Part shown: positions 32,650 to 45,762 of the stretch, piece by piece
Layout of the letters: each line of letters opens with the position of its first letter
Position numbering within the stretch: position 1 is the stretch's first letter
Source of the DNA: Octopus vulgaris
Taxonomy: Eukaryota
Direction: 5' to 3'
DNA: 64,000 nt
Assembly: GCA_951406725.2 (NCBI GenBank)
Contig: OX597829.1
Coordinates: 12,648,001-12,712,000, forward strand
The notes under the pieces: generated by a model
Database searches by the model: none
Seen by the model: the letters and a program-made list of their open reading frames with translations, nothing else
Told to the model about the DNA's origin: nothing
Position numbers and translations under genes: made by a program

Positions 32650-33515
32650 TACCAACAAGAAACTACCAGGCCAACATATTAAAGAACGGCAGTAGCCCAA
32701 CATGTCGTGTATGCCGACAACAAAATGAAACCATTGATCATGTTGTCTCCAAATGCAGTCTTCTAGCGCCTACAGAGTACCTCAAAAGGCATGATAGAGC
32801 TGCACAATATATTCACTGGGTAATTTGCAAAAACCTGGATTTGCCCCATGAAAAAAAACTGGTGGGAACACAATCCACCTCCAGTGCTTGAAAATGACCA
32901 CATCTCACTCCTCTGGAACTTCACCATTCAAACTGACAGGAAGATAGATGCAAATAGGCCAGATATCATATTGAAAGACTTCAGACAAAGAACATGCCTC
33001 CTCATTGATATGACTGTCCCAATCGATATAAACGTATCTGTCAAGACCTACCAAAAAGTGAGCAAATATAAAGATCTTGAAATAGAAATCAGCAAAATGT
33101 GGAAGCTGAAGACTAAAACAATACCTGTTGTCATAGGTGCCCTGGGAATGATAGGGAAAGGGACTAATTCCTACCTAACTCAGATACCAGGAAACCCCAA
33201 AATGGCAGAAATTCAAAAGATAGTGCTCATGGGAACTGCTCATATCCTACGCAAAATACTCTCTATGTAATCCCAAGGATTAAAACAAACTCTTTTTTAT
33301 TTATTTATTTTATTTTATTTTATTTTATTTTATTTTATTTTATTTTTTTATTTTTTTATTTTTTTAAAATTTTATTTTTATGTATTAGACATTCACTAGT
33401 ACAACACAACCTCCCCCCAAATATATGGCACAGAACTTCCAACCTGTTGTCTCTTGAGGTCTCTGGGTGAGACTTGGAGCCAACTTGTACAGACATAAAG
33501 CAAAAGTCAAACATA

Positions 33516-33517
<2 letters not shown>
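32650..33517 (+). mobile_element. 5'-truncated Dong family A
   Basis: Homologous to 1548-2340; REL ORF 32848-33270. Confidence 0.92.
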
Positions 33518-33592
<75 letters not shown>

Positions 33593-33593
<1 letters not shown>

Positions 33594-34758
33594 GCTTACA
33601 AAACAACCACAATTGGACTGGCCAAATATCTTGAAATAACGAATGACTGGATGCTAAAGCTCGTGGAAAATCACGAGAGACGAAAGAAGCTTCATTCTAT
33701 CATAAAGGAAAGTAAAAAATTTGCTATTGATCTCGTGCAGGATACCCAAACTGAACAACCCGAGGGAAGTACGGCAACTATTGTTGCAAAAAGGTGAAAA
33801 TAATGGCAACGAAAAAAGCACACGAGCAATCGGCTGATAGGTGGGAGGAGAAACCTCTGCACGGCAAATAAGCTGATGTTGACCAGAAGCAAACCCATCA
33901 GTGGCTACGGAGCTCAGGGCTAAAAGCAGAGAGCGAAGGTTTCATCCTGGCTGCTCACGATCAAAGCCTTATTAACCCGGAACTACCAGGCCAATGTGAT
34001 GAAAAATGGAGCAGACCCAAATTGCCGATTCTGCAACGACATGATTGAAACGGTGGACCACCTAATCTCTGATTGTAAAGTCTTAGCACCAGTGGAGTAT
34101 GAATTAAGACATGATAGAGTTGGCCAATATCTACACTGGCTAATAAGTCGGCATTACAATATCAAAACTGCCGACAAATGGTATAATCACCACCCTGAAG
34201 CTGTAACTGAAGTTGAAAATTTAACGATTCTGTGGAACTTTCCAGTACATACAGACAGAACCATCAATGCCAATAAACCGGATATTGTTGTGAAAGACCA
34301 AAACAATAAAGTTTGCTTATTGATCGACATGAGCATCCCCTGTGATCATAATATCTCGGCGAAAGAGTTTGACAAGCTCAGAAAATATAAAGACCTACTC
34401 ATTGAAATTGAGAAAATGTGGCATCTCAAGGCGGTTACAATACCAGTGATCGTAGGAGCACTAGGAATGATCAAGAAGGGAACCGAAAATTATATGAGAA
34501 TGATCCCTGGCTTACGATCCCTGCAAAAAGTGCAAAAGATTGTCTTAACTGGTACATCACACGTATTTAGAAGAGCATTGTCGATGTGAGAACTATTACT
34601 ACCCATGTATTTTAATTTAACTCTCAAAAAAAAAAAATGAACGAACTAGTGAGTTTAGTCTAATGGCCTACCAATGTATACTATGAGTTTCTTTGCCCTA
34701 GGAGTCGGGAAGACACCCGGCAAGAAATGGAAGCAAATTCGAAAGAGGAAAAAAAAAG

Positions 34759-34759
<1 letters not shown>
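33593..34759 (+). mobile_element. 5'-truncated Dong family B
   Basis: Homologous to 8617-9815; CCHC/REL ORF 33996-34589. Confidence 0.92.
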
Positions 34760-34797
<38 letters not shown>

Positions 34798-34806
34798 GTG
34801 ATAATG

Positions 34807-34963
<157 letters not shown>

Positions 34964-34982
34964 TAATAATAATAACAACAAT

Positions 34983-35757
34983 AATGTCCTCATGTAGTAT
35001 CAATCAGTAGCTCTCATGGCTTCTGATCTTAACTGATTGGAAGTGTTATCATGTACATTGTTTCGCCTTTTATATAAAAGATGGGTTACAGCAAATATTC
35101 TGCTCAATACCCCAGATTTACTTGTCAGTTGCTTGACCTTAACTAGTGGAGCATGTCCCTTAGTGGCTGACGACATGTTCATCATTGATCCCGTGCAGAA
35201 TAATTTGGATAATTCACCTTTGGAAAAGTGGGCGTTTTGTTCAACATTCTTAAACAACTCTTATTCTAGGACCTTTTGAGGAGGATGGGCTACCCAATCT
35301 AAAGAAAATTTCAACTGGGCCATACCTGCAAGGCCAAGCACTGATTATCTTGATATGTAGCTGGTGTTACAAACATCTGATTACGCGAGTTATGGACGAA
35401 TCTGATTGCTACTCGTGTTATAGAGTTTCAGTACAACATGGTTGCAAAAACTGAGTTGAAATGTGCCGAACTTTTTAAAGAGGATGTGTAAAGTGCACAC
35501 AGCAGTCAGTCGTACAAGTGTGGCCGCAGGGCCAGTTTTAAGCCAATTGCACAGATTTGTTCAAATTGGGTCCCGCGCTAAGAGAGGGTGCTGCGCATAC
35601 ACTCGAGATTAACATGCCATGCGTTGTTTATCGTGATATAAGGTCGTGATGCATGTGCCAGGTGTACCCTTATCAGACAGGTAGCCATGCTGTGTGTACA
35701 GAGGTTCGTATATTTGTACCCACTGTCACTTTGATGTCATGCACTGCTCTTTCCCTC
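34983..35757 (+). mobile_element. ~550-bp SINE-like element, copy 3 (older), with a ~250-bp insertion at ~35357-35605
   Basis: Colinear with copy 2 on both sides of the insertion. Confidence 0.8.
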
Positions 35758-35830
<73 letters not shown>

Positions 35831-36932
35831 TTAATAACAATAATAATAATAATAATAATAATAATTTGTAATATTACTAACTTTTATTGACTATAAGGAA
35901 CTCGCGTATACATACAAAGCCCTTTTTATAGAAACAATTTGTAAACAAATATATTGAGATGTACAGACCTCAATAAAACAGGTCAAACGATTACAATTTT
36001 AGACTACGGCACTGAACAAATTGATCATAGCTAAACTCACAACCATATGGTTGTGAAGCACACTTCTTACCACACATTCACGTTTGGTACTATATTTGTA
36101 GCTTGCTAGATGTCAGGAAGAGAAATAAGAAAGAATAAAAAAATGTGATAAAAGCAGCACAGGCGGAGAAATGTTTTGTTCATCCGCGCCCCACAGAAAT
36201 GACCGCGAATGGTCAGCGATACTCGCTGTAGCAGTGACTCCACCGGCCGAGATTCATTTCTCTAATGACTACTCAGTAATGATGCGATGACGTTGTCATG
36301 GTGAATGAACAGCGGCACTCATTGCAGCAACCACACCACATCGCAGGGCTCTTTTCTCAGCCTGCCCTACAGTAATGACCGCGATGGCGTTGCGAGGAGA
36401 GTAACCAGTGACAATCGCTGCAGCAGCCACTCCACCTTCCGGGGCTCCTTTCTCCGACGGACCGACGTATCCCTATTTTGCAGAGGAAATCTTTAGAACG
36501 GGGTGTCCTAGAAACATCTCGAAGTTGAGCAGCTTAACTTGATAGCCACCGGCCAAGCACCTGTATTCATTGACCAGTTTTATACTTGGCCAAGATATGT
36601 TGGTATCAGCTACAGGATTTACTGGAGATCAAGATAAAATGTAAACATTATACCAATGGTAGTGGCAACTTTAAGATCACAGATAGAATCCGTATTTTTG
36701 CCATGTTGCGGCACAAACTTCTCATATGTCTTAACTTTTTAAATTTTCTGTATTCATTTGTTCTTCTTTCTTTTTTAATTGTGTGAATGTTTACGTTTGT
36801 GAGTATATGTATATGTGTGTGCGAGTGTATATATGTGCATGCGTATATGTGTGTATATGGAAGATGTATATATATATATATATATATATAGACAGTCAAA
36901 AATTGTGAAGCATGACTGTCAACACTACTACA

Positions 36933-36977
36933 TGAACCCGAAGATTGCTGAATTCAATGCATGAAAGTACTAGTTCA
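36933..36977 (+). ncRNA. Type I hammerhead ribozyme motif (CCGAAGA core variant)
   Basis: tgaac CCGAAGA ttgc-tgaattcaat-gcat GAAA gtac TA gttca; 5-bp stem I, palindromic stem III. Confidence 0.7.
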
Positions 36978-37139
36978 ATCAGAATGAATATTTAACATTC
37001 TACTATTTCATTTTATTTTATTCAATTATAATATATTATCTTATAATATATCATTATAAGATTGTAAATAAAACGTGAAAATCAGACAAGGTTGGAATTC
37101 TTTTTATTAATATATTCTTCTATACACAATCACACACAC

Positions 37140-37198
<59 letters not shown>

Positions 37199-37504
37199 TA
37201 TATATATGCATGTATGTATATACGTTTATGCGAGGAGTGTGAATGTATACCTGTATGTATATGTATATATGTACATCAAAATATAGGATAAAATTTTTCG
37301 AAAAAAATTCTATCAATTGCCAGCATATTAAAAAAATATCTTTAAAGATTAAATTTTTATAAACAGCTTATAAACAAGGGCAAAAGAAAAAAATCTAATG
37401 CCAAATATGCCGAAAAGAGACAAATCATCAATAACCATATAATTTATCACTATAAGCACGCGTCTCGAAGTAAGCAGACTGAAATTACTGAAAAATTCCG
37501 TTAT

Positions 37505-37563
37505 TATCGTATCGGTCCCAATTTCAGAGTTAATTCATAAGAATTTTCTCCTTGTCAGCGATA
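37505..37563 (-). ncRNA. Degenerate type I hammerhead motif
   Basis: tatcg CTGACAA ggag...ctct GAAA ttgggaccga TA cgata; G8 is mutated. Confidence 0.6.
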
Positions 37564-37851
37564 AATACGGTAAGAAATAAATGAAAGTAAGTATTGCATT
37601 TGTTTCTTACCGTGTCATAGTTTTTCAAGAATAATAATATACCGTTTTAAGAATAATGAGTTTTCATCAGACAGATACATTTTCTTAAATTTCTTACAAA
37701 AATCTCAAATGAAAAATTTTATAATTGCTAAAGCTTTTTAAGAGTGAGCATAAATATATAATCTAACTGAAATTCCGTAAATTCCTCTATGTAAATCTAT
37801 TAGTATCTAGTTCTATAACCCATTTTGTTGCATAATACACAATTCATATCG

Positions 37852-37904
<53 letters not shown>

Positions 37905-37907
37905 TAT

Positions 37908-38073
37908 GGCACAGGAGTGGATGTGTGGTAAGAAGTTTACATTCCAGCCACATGGTTCCGGGTTCAGCCGTACTGCGAGGCACATTGGGAAAGTGTCTTC
38001 TATTATAGCCTCGGGACAACCAAAGCCTTGTGAGTGGAAACTTTGGTAGACGGGAACTGAAAGAACCCCGTCG
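37908..38073 (+). mobile_element. tRNA-derived SINE, 5' part
   Basis: A-box-like tggatgtgtggt, B-box-like ggttcagcc; several homologues in this window. Confidence 0.8.
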
Positions 38074-38320
38074 TGTGTATACAGAGAAATGGCTAAAGTT
38101 TGCCCTGTTTATGGTTATACAATATGTTACATATATATTATATCATACCTTGATACTATGTGGACTAAGATGCCCGTTGACATCCCGCTGGTATTTACAG
38201 AGTGTTAAACAATTTCAGTAAGCAAATAAAGGAATCCTTTATAGATTAACTTATGCATTTCTTGACTATATAAATAGTTTGGCTGTTTGTTTCTCTGGAG
38301 ACTGTCAATATGATGTAGAC

Positions 38321-38363
38321 GCCTCCGATGAGAAGCCAATAACGTTCGAAAATACATTAAGGT
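38321..38363 (+). ncRNA. Type I hammerhead motif (CCGATGA variant)
   Basis: gcct CCGATGA gaa...ttc GAAA atacat TA aggt. Confidence 0.55.
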
Positions 38364-38479
38364 TGGTAAATGTTTCTTCAGTTTGCAGAGAAATGGCTAA
38401 AATTGTCCCTGTTTATAATTATACGATATGTTACATATATATGTGTGTATGTATGTGTGTGTGTCTTTATGTGTTTGCC

Positions 38480-38658
38480 CTATCACCATCGCTTGACAAC
38501 CGATGTTGGTGTGTTTACGTCGCCGTTATCTAGCGTTTCGGCTAAGATATCGATAAAATAAGTACTAGGCTTACAAAGAATAAGCCTTGCATTCGATTTG
38601 TTCGACTTAAAGGCGGTGCTCCAGCATAGCTGCAGTCAAATGACTGACGCGAATAAAA

Positions 38659-38660
<2 letters not shown>
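38480..38660 (+). mobile_element. SINE 3' part with LINE-like tail
   Basis: Homologous to 58990-59165 (+) and 57540-57720 (-). Confidence 0.75.
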
Positions 38661-38702
<42 letters not shown>

Positions 38703-38705
<3 letters not shown>

Positions 38706-39067
38706 TAAATTAGAGACAAAAGCCACTATTAGGCAAATCATACAATGAGTTCATTGTTTAAACCTCGCCAAGAGAAATATTTAAACCACCTGATGAATGA
38801 CTGTGACTTGAAAATTTAAAGAAATTAACAGCCATGAAACGATCGTAGTGATATATTAATTATATTTTTTAATAATTTTGTTATATATTTAAATAATATA
38901 AATTAAATAATCTTATGTATTGGCTTACGTTTTTCATTGTATGATTTGCCTAATATTGGTTTTGTCTCTAATTTAATATAATATAATAGTTTACTATAAA
39001 ATTGGATTCAATCCTAAATCTGATTTTTCCCTGTAAGTTTGGATTTATTCCCTAATATATATTATTA
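38703..39067 (+). mobile_element. Miniature Penelope-like derivative: inverted 5' arm, hammerhead and 3' tail, set in (TA)n
   Basis: 38703-38748 is the reverse complement of 38934-38978; tail ttttccctgtaagtttg is shared with 54465-54481. Confidence 0.65.
38787..38850 (+). ncRNA. Type I hammerhead ribozyme motif
   Basis: cac CTGATGA atgactgt...acagccat GAAA cgatcg TA gtg. Confidence 0.75.
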
Positions 39068-39259
39068 CATATATATATATATATATATACAGATCCATTG
39101 TAGAAGATGTTTATAAGCCATTTAAGAACACACAAAACACCGTTAGATTAAACTCAACATTATAATTAATTTGTGTCAAACTATTTTCGTCGCTTTGAAA
39201 TTGCGTTATTCACTGAAAAAACTTCGTGGTGCATCTGAGAAAGTAACAGTTACTTCATG

Positions 39260-39307
<48 letters not shown>

Positions 39308-39599
39308 ATTCTTATGTGTGTAAGTATGTATGGATGTATGTATCTATGTATTATGTGTGCATGTACGCATTACGTATGCGTATGTGTACATGAGTATGCA
39401 TGCGACTACACCTATATGCATGTATGTATGTATGTATGTATGTGAGAATTTAGGTGTGTGAGTAAACGTGCCTGCGTATGTGTATATGTGTATGTACATA
39501 TAAACCTACGTTTATGTACTGATATGTGTGTTTGTTCCGGTTGTATATATGACTGTTACTCTGTCGGAGGTTGTATGTATACGTTTCTCTCACCAACAA

Positions 39600-39739
<140 letters not shown>

Positions 39740-39765
39740 TTTATTTAAAGCAGCAGAAAATTCAA

Positions 39766-39815
39766 CAAAATCTGTTACTCTGAGTTTCTCGTTGTCGTTC
39801 ATCAGACAGTTTTTG
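39766..39815 (-). ncRNA. Hammerhead motif in the inverted pLTR arm
   Basis: Reverse complement of 44541-44590. Confidence 0.7.
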
Positions 39816-40964
39816 CTAGAATGGAACCGATATATCAATTCAATCCAGAATCTTACAAACGCTACACCTTTAAAAAAATGGACTTGTTTGATTGGCCCTT
39901 TAGAAATAACGGTCAATCTTCGAGCGATAAACAAAAAAATGAGCTCAAAAATATATGTATATATAAAAAAATTATAAAAATTGTAAAATTCGAGGAAAAA
40001 ACCTTACATTGAATAAAATACATATTGACGTTAATGAAGGAAATATAATTAATGCTTGGAAATTAAAAGCATTATAAATATTACACTGCAATACATATTC
40101 ATATTAAAGTGTACATATATATATCAACATACACAGAAGGATGCGTGCAAACGCCATACATATACAGACGTATAAATATAAATCTAAAAAATACACACAA
40201 ATGTATGCATACATATATGTACGCAATATATCTCGCACGCAAGTTAAAATTATCGATGCTAATGTAACGTTTCTTATTTACGGAGTAAAGCTTAAGTAAG
40301 GGGGACGTAAAGTTGTATGTACCAACTTTACTCGTTAGAGAAAACGAAAGAAAGGAAGAGAGAGAAAAAGGAACGAAGAAGGGGGAAGGAGAAAAGAAAA
40401 AGGAGGGGTTAGGAAAAAAACGAAATAAGAAAAATTATGTATACAAGCTGTGTAACCGCGTTATTGACATATATGGTGACAAGTATACAAATACACAAGT
40501 TCGAACGGATACATACACATACAGTCGTGTATGTGTGTGCTTAAGCACAAACATACGCTCACTTACACATACACAGAGACGCATGCTTACAAATACATAT
40601 CCATGGCTATACACATATTTATATCAAAATTCTAATTTTTGACAACATTGCTTTTTAAAAAAAAGGTGAGTGCAATAATGAAAAATATACGAAAGACATA
40701 TAAAATATAACACCCTATTTTGGATCATCTATAAATTAAAAATCAAGGTAATCCTATACAATACAATAACATGAAATAAACAAAGCCGAAGGTTTTTCCT
40801 AATGTATATGTAGAAATATAAACAAAATAAACAAAATATATGCATGAGACTTTGCTATACGGAATGAAATCTGCATAGCGCGAAACAAATCCATCGTCGC
40901 GTTTACATACTAGTCCAAGAGTCAAAATCAAAATTTCAAAAATCAAAAATACAAAATATATACT

Positions 40965-41532
40965 CTATCCATATGGTATATTTATATTTGACATTTTAAA
41001 TTTGGTTGCGTGTCTACATAAGTTCATTAGCTCATTTCTTTGGTTCAAAGAATTATTGTCTTTGAATAAAATATACAGTTTCTCTAATAGGCAAAGCTTG
41101 CATTTAAAATTATTTCTTTGTGCTCCATGCCTGTATGGTGCCGCTCTGTCCAGAATGTTCCATGTCACGTTGAAAGGTGGGGTTTCCTTCTCTTTTAGTT
41201 CCCAGACATATTTTGCTAGGCTGGTCCTCTTCCTATTCTCTGGGTATCTAAATGAATTTTTATGTGAATAAAATCGTATTTTAAATGAATTTTCTGAAGC
41301 CCCTGTATATGTCTTGTATTCCGATGAGCCTTCTATTTGCACCTTGGCTCTATAAACTACTCCTTTCACTAGACATTTCCCTTCTAACGGACAGGAGTTT
41401 TCGTTTTTGAAATTGCATTTCTTAATGGGCTCGGCACCATGTCTAATCTCAATCAGATTCCTATTATGCTGGCTAATGTAAGAGGCGAAATTTCTGCAAC
41501 AAGAATAGCTAACCTTCAGGGTTCTTCTATTA
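40965..41532 (-). pseudogene. Inverted duplicate of the GIY-YIG endonuclease coding end
   Basis: KGVVYRAKV..YKTYTGASENSFKIRFYSH, nearly identical to the end of ORF 42102-43385. Confidence 0.88.
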
Positions 41533-43385
41533 TGAGAGAAAACATTAAGGAGATTAACAACTCGAATAAGATCTTCGTTAATTCTGATAAGACAAGGAAC
41601 TTATATGCACTTGATAAGGATGTTTATAAGCGCCTGATTTCGAATAGTGTCACAGATACTTACGAAAAAGATAACACATATATATACAAAGAGGTGAACT
41701 TAGAAGCAAGAGGAATAGCTAACGATCTTAAGATTAGCGATAGGATTGAATATCTTTTACCACGACCAGCTTTTATTACTCTAAAAGACCATAAAGCCAA
41801 TTTTAATAGAAACCCCAAATGTAGATTGATAAATCCGGCTAAAACTGAGATAGGAATTATTAGCAAAAATATTTTGGACTGTATTTTAGCTAAGTTAGAT
41901 AGTGAAGTAGACTTGAGAATTTGGAAGAATAGTAAGTCAGTCATAGAGTGGTTTAAAGGTATTAGCTATAAGAATAATTGTAGTTTCACACAATTCGATA
42001 TTATTGACTTGTACCCGTCAATATCTAGGACGTTGCTCCTAAGGGCATTGGACTTCGCCTAGCAGTATGTCAGCATCGATAGCTCGGAAATTGATATTAT
42101 TATGCATGCGAGGAAGTCGCTTCTTTTTTTCGAGGATTCCACCTGGATTAAGAAGACTGAGGATTCTCTTTTCGATGTACCGATTGGGGCGTACGACGGG
42201 GCTGAGTTATGTATGCTCATAGGAGCCTTTATTCTCCACAATCTAAAAATAGAATTCCCATTTATAGATGCAGGTTTATATAGGGATGACGGCCTTATAG
42301 CCACGCATAATTTAAACGGCCATGAATCAGATAGACTTAGGAAGGACCTTATTGCTTTCTTTCAAAGGATGGGCTTACGGGTTACAATAGATGCTAACCT
42401 GAATAGTGTAGATTTTTTAGACGTAAATTTTAATGTAAGGTCGAATAGATTTAAACCTTTCCGAAAGCCCAATGAAAAGCTATCGTATATTAGCAAAGAT
42501 TCGAACCATCCACCAGTTATCCTTAGCAACTTAGTCAGCAATGTAGGTAGAAGAATATCTTCAATTTCTTCGGACGAGGCAGCACTCCATAATGCTGCAC
42601 CTTATTACGATAGCGCATTAAATAATATTGGATTCTCTGAGAAGATCCAATACAGCCAGCTTAATGCTGATAATAATGCTGCACGAAGAACTAGGACGAG
42701 GAAAGTTTTGTGGTTCAACCCGGCTTTCAATTTGGCCGTAAAGACTAATATAGGTAAGGAATTTTTGAGATTAGTCTCTAAGCATTTTAAGCAGGGCCAT
42801 AAATTCTATAGGGTATTTAATAGAAGAATCCTGAAGGTTAGCTATTCTTGTTGCAGAAATATCGCCTCTTACATTAGCCAGCATAATAGGAATCTGATTG
42901 AGATTAGACATGGTGCCGAGCCCATTAAGAAATGTAATTTCAAAAACGAAAACTCTTGTCCGTTAGAAGGGAAATGTCTAGTGAAAGGAGTAGTTTATAG
43001 AGCCAAGGTGCAAATAGAAGGCTCATCGGAATACAAGACATATACAGGGGCTTCAGAAAATTCATTTAAAATACGATTTTATTCACATAAAAATTCATTT
43101 AGATACCCAGAGAACAGGAAGAGGACCAGCCTAGGAAAATATGTCTGGGAACTAAAAGAAAAGGAAACCCCACCTTTCAACGTGACATGGAGCATTCTGG
43201 ACAGAGCGGCACCATACAGGCATGGAGCACACAGAAATAATTTTAAATGCAAGCTTTGCCTATTAGAGAAACTGTATATTTTATTCAAAGACAATAATTC
43301 TTTGAATCAAAGAAGTGAGCTAATGAACTTATGTAGACACGCAACCAAATTTAAAATGTCAAATATAAATATACCATATGGATAG
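41533..43385 (+). pseudogene. Penelope-like RT + GIY-YIG protein, N-terminally truncated, in-frame stop at 42060-42062
   Basis: FITLKDHK..CRLINP, FDIIDLYPSI, GAYDGAELC, LYRDDGL, DFLDV, VVY..YTG..R..H, CLLEK, LNQRSEL. Confidence 0.92.
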
Positions 43386-44540
43386 AGTATATATTTTGTA
43401 TTTTTGATTTTTGAAATTTTGATTTTGACTCTTGGACTAGTATGTAAACGCGACGATGGATTTGTTTCGCGCTATGCAGATTTCATTCCGTATAGCAAAG
43501 TCTCATGCATATATTTTGTTTATTTTGTTTATATTTCTACATATACATTAGGAAAAACCTTCGGCTTTGTTTATTTCATGTTATTGTATTGTATAGGATT
43601 ACCTTGATTTTTAATTTATAGATGATCCAAAATAGGGTGTTATATTTTATATGTCTTTCGTATATTTTTCATTATTGCACTCATCTTTTTTTTAAAAAAA
43701 AGCAATGTTGTCAAAAATTAGAATTTTGATGTAAATATGTGTATAGCCATGGATATGTATTTGTAAGCATGCGTCTCTGTGTATGTGTAAGTGAGCGTAT
43801 GTTTGTGCTTAAGCACACACATACACGACTGTATGTGTATGTATCCATTCGAACTTGTGTATTTGTATACTTGTCGCCATATATGTCAATAACGCGGTTA
43901 CACAGCTTGTATACATAATTTTTCTTATTTCGTTTTTTTCCTAACCCCTCCTTTTTCTTTTCTCCTTCCCCCTTCTTCGTTCCTTTTTCTCTCTCTTCCT
44001 TTCTTTCGTTTTCTCTAACTGATACTGGTACATACAACTTTACGTCCCCCTTACTTAAGTTTTACTCCGTAAATAAGAAACGCTACATTAGCATCGATAA
44101 TTTTAACTTGCGTGCGAGATAGATTGCGTACATATATGTATGCATGCATTTGTGTGTATATTTTAGATTTATATTTATACGTCTGTATATGTATGGCGTT
44201 TGCACGCATCCTTCTGTGTATGTTGATATATATATGTACACTTTAATATGAATATGTATTGCAGTGTAATATATATAATGCTTTTAATTTCCATGCATTA
44301 ATTATATTTCCTTCATTAACGTCAGTATGTATTTTATTCAATGTAAGGTTTTTTCCTCGAATTTTATAATTTTTATAATTGTTTTATATATATATACATA
44401 TATTTTTGAGCTCATTTTTTTGTTTATCGCTCGAAGATTGACCGTTATTTCTAAAGGGCCAATCAAACAAGTCCATTTTTTTAAAAAGATGTAGTGTTTG
44501 TAAGAGTCTGGATTGAATTGATATATCGGTTCCATTCTAG

Positions 44541-44590
44541 CAAAAACTGTCTGATGAACGACAACGAGAAACTCAGAGTAACAGATTTTG
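44541..44590 (+). ncRNA. Type I minimal hammerhead in the Penelope pLTR
   Basis: caaaaactgt CTGATGA acgacaacga GAAA ctcagag TA acagattttg; stem I pairs 9/10. Confidence 0.75.
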
Positions 44591-44712
44591 TTGAATTTTC
44601 TGCTGCTTTAAATAAAGCATATTACTCTACCACTGGTATTTGAGTACTCTTTTTTCCATCTTGTCTCACATTTATGTGTTTACTCTGGTATATATATATA
44701 TATATATATATC

Positions 44713-45746
44713 AGATATGCCCTCAGTTGCTAAGATGGCCACCCTTGCTACCTATGCAGATGACACAAAAGTCTCCCACACAATACAAAACGCTGGAAAT
44801 ATTGCACATCTGCCACAGGAGTTGGACACAATATACAGGTGGGCTGTGGACGACAACATCCAGTTTAATGCAGGTAAGTTACAGGCCCTGCGCTACCGGC
44901 ACACAAAGGTAAACGCCATGCAGACTGGATACCCTGGCCCAGGAAGAATTGCAATCCCTGAGTCAAAATCAGTGCGTGACCTGGGCATTGACATGAGCAA
45001 TGATGCATCTTTCCAAGTGCATATTACTAATTTGGTGATAAAATGCAGATGGCTAGCTGGATGGATTCTCCGAAATTTCAGAACAAGACAGAAGGTGACA
45101 CTGATGGTCCTGTGGAAAACTTTCGTCCTCAGCCGCTTGGACTACTGTTCCCAACTATGGTCACCACACAATATAAAGCTAACAGTAGAACTCGAAGCCA
45201 TTCAAAGAAGCTACACAAAGAAGATCGTCTCAATGCAAAATATCAGCTACTGGGAAAGACTGAAAGTATTAAAACTCTTCTCCCTAGAGTGAAGGCGGGA
45301 GAGATATGTGGTGATGTACATCTGGAAAATCCTGGAGGGTCTTGTCCCAAACTTTGGCATTCAAAGTTACCCCAACCGCAGAACGGGGCGCCACTGCATG
45401 GTGCCAAAGATTCCAAAATCACCATCAAAATATAGGACCAGATACTTCAACAGCTTGGGTTTCAGAGGACCACAGCTCTTCAACATCCTCCCTAAATGCC
45501 TGAGTGACTTGCATTGTGTGTATGTTTCTTTAAATCTAAATTGGATCTCTTCTTGTCGGGGGTCCCAGATGAACCTACCTCACGGCAGGAAACACAGATG
45601 CAGGCAGCGGCATCGAACTCCCTTGTTGACCCAGTGCCACGTATCAGAGGTGGATTCACATATTAGTGTAGCTTATTCAACGGTGTTGCCCCAGCATGGC
45701 CACAGATTTCGGGCTGAAACATTTTAAAGGATTTTTAAGGATTTAA
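44713..45746 (+). mobile_element. 5'-truncated CR1-group LINE (RT C-terminus + 3' UTR)
   Basis: YADDTK, RDLGI, LDYCSQLWSP, YWERLKVLKLFSLE*RRERY; short tandem tail (ttt)taaggat. Confidence 0.85.
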
Positions 45747-45762
45747 TGATATATATATATAT

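Noticed and set aside
40313-40946. Short ORFs duplicated at 43404-44037
   Set aside because: They lie in the low-complexity 3' UTR/pLTR of the Penelope element, duplicated by the inversion; no protein motifs
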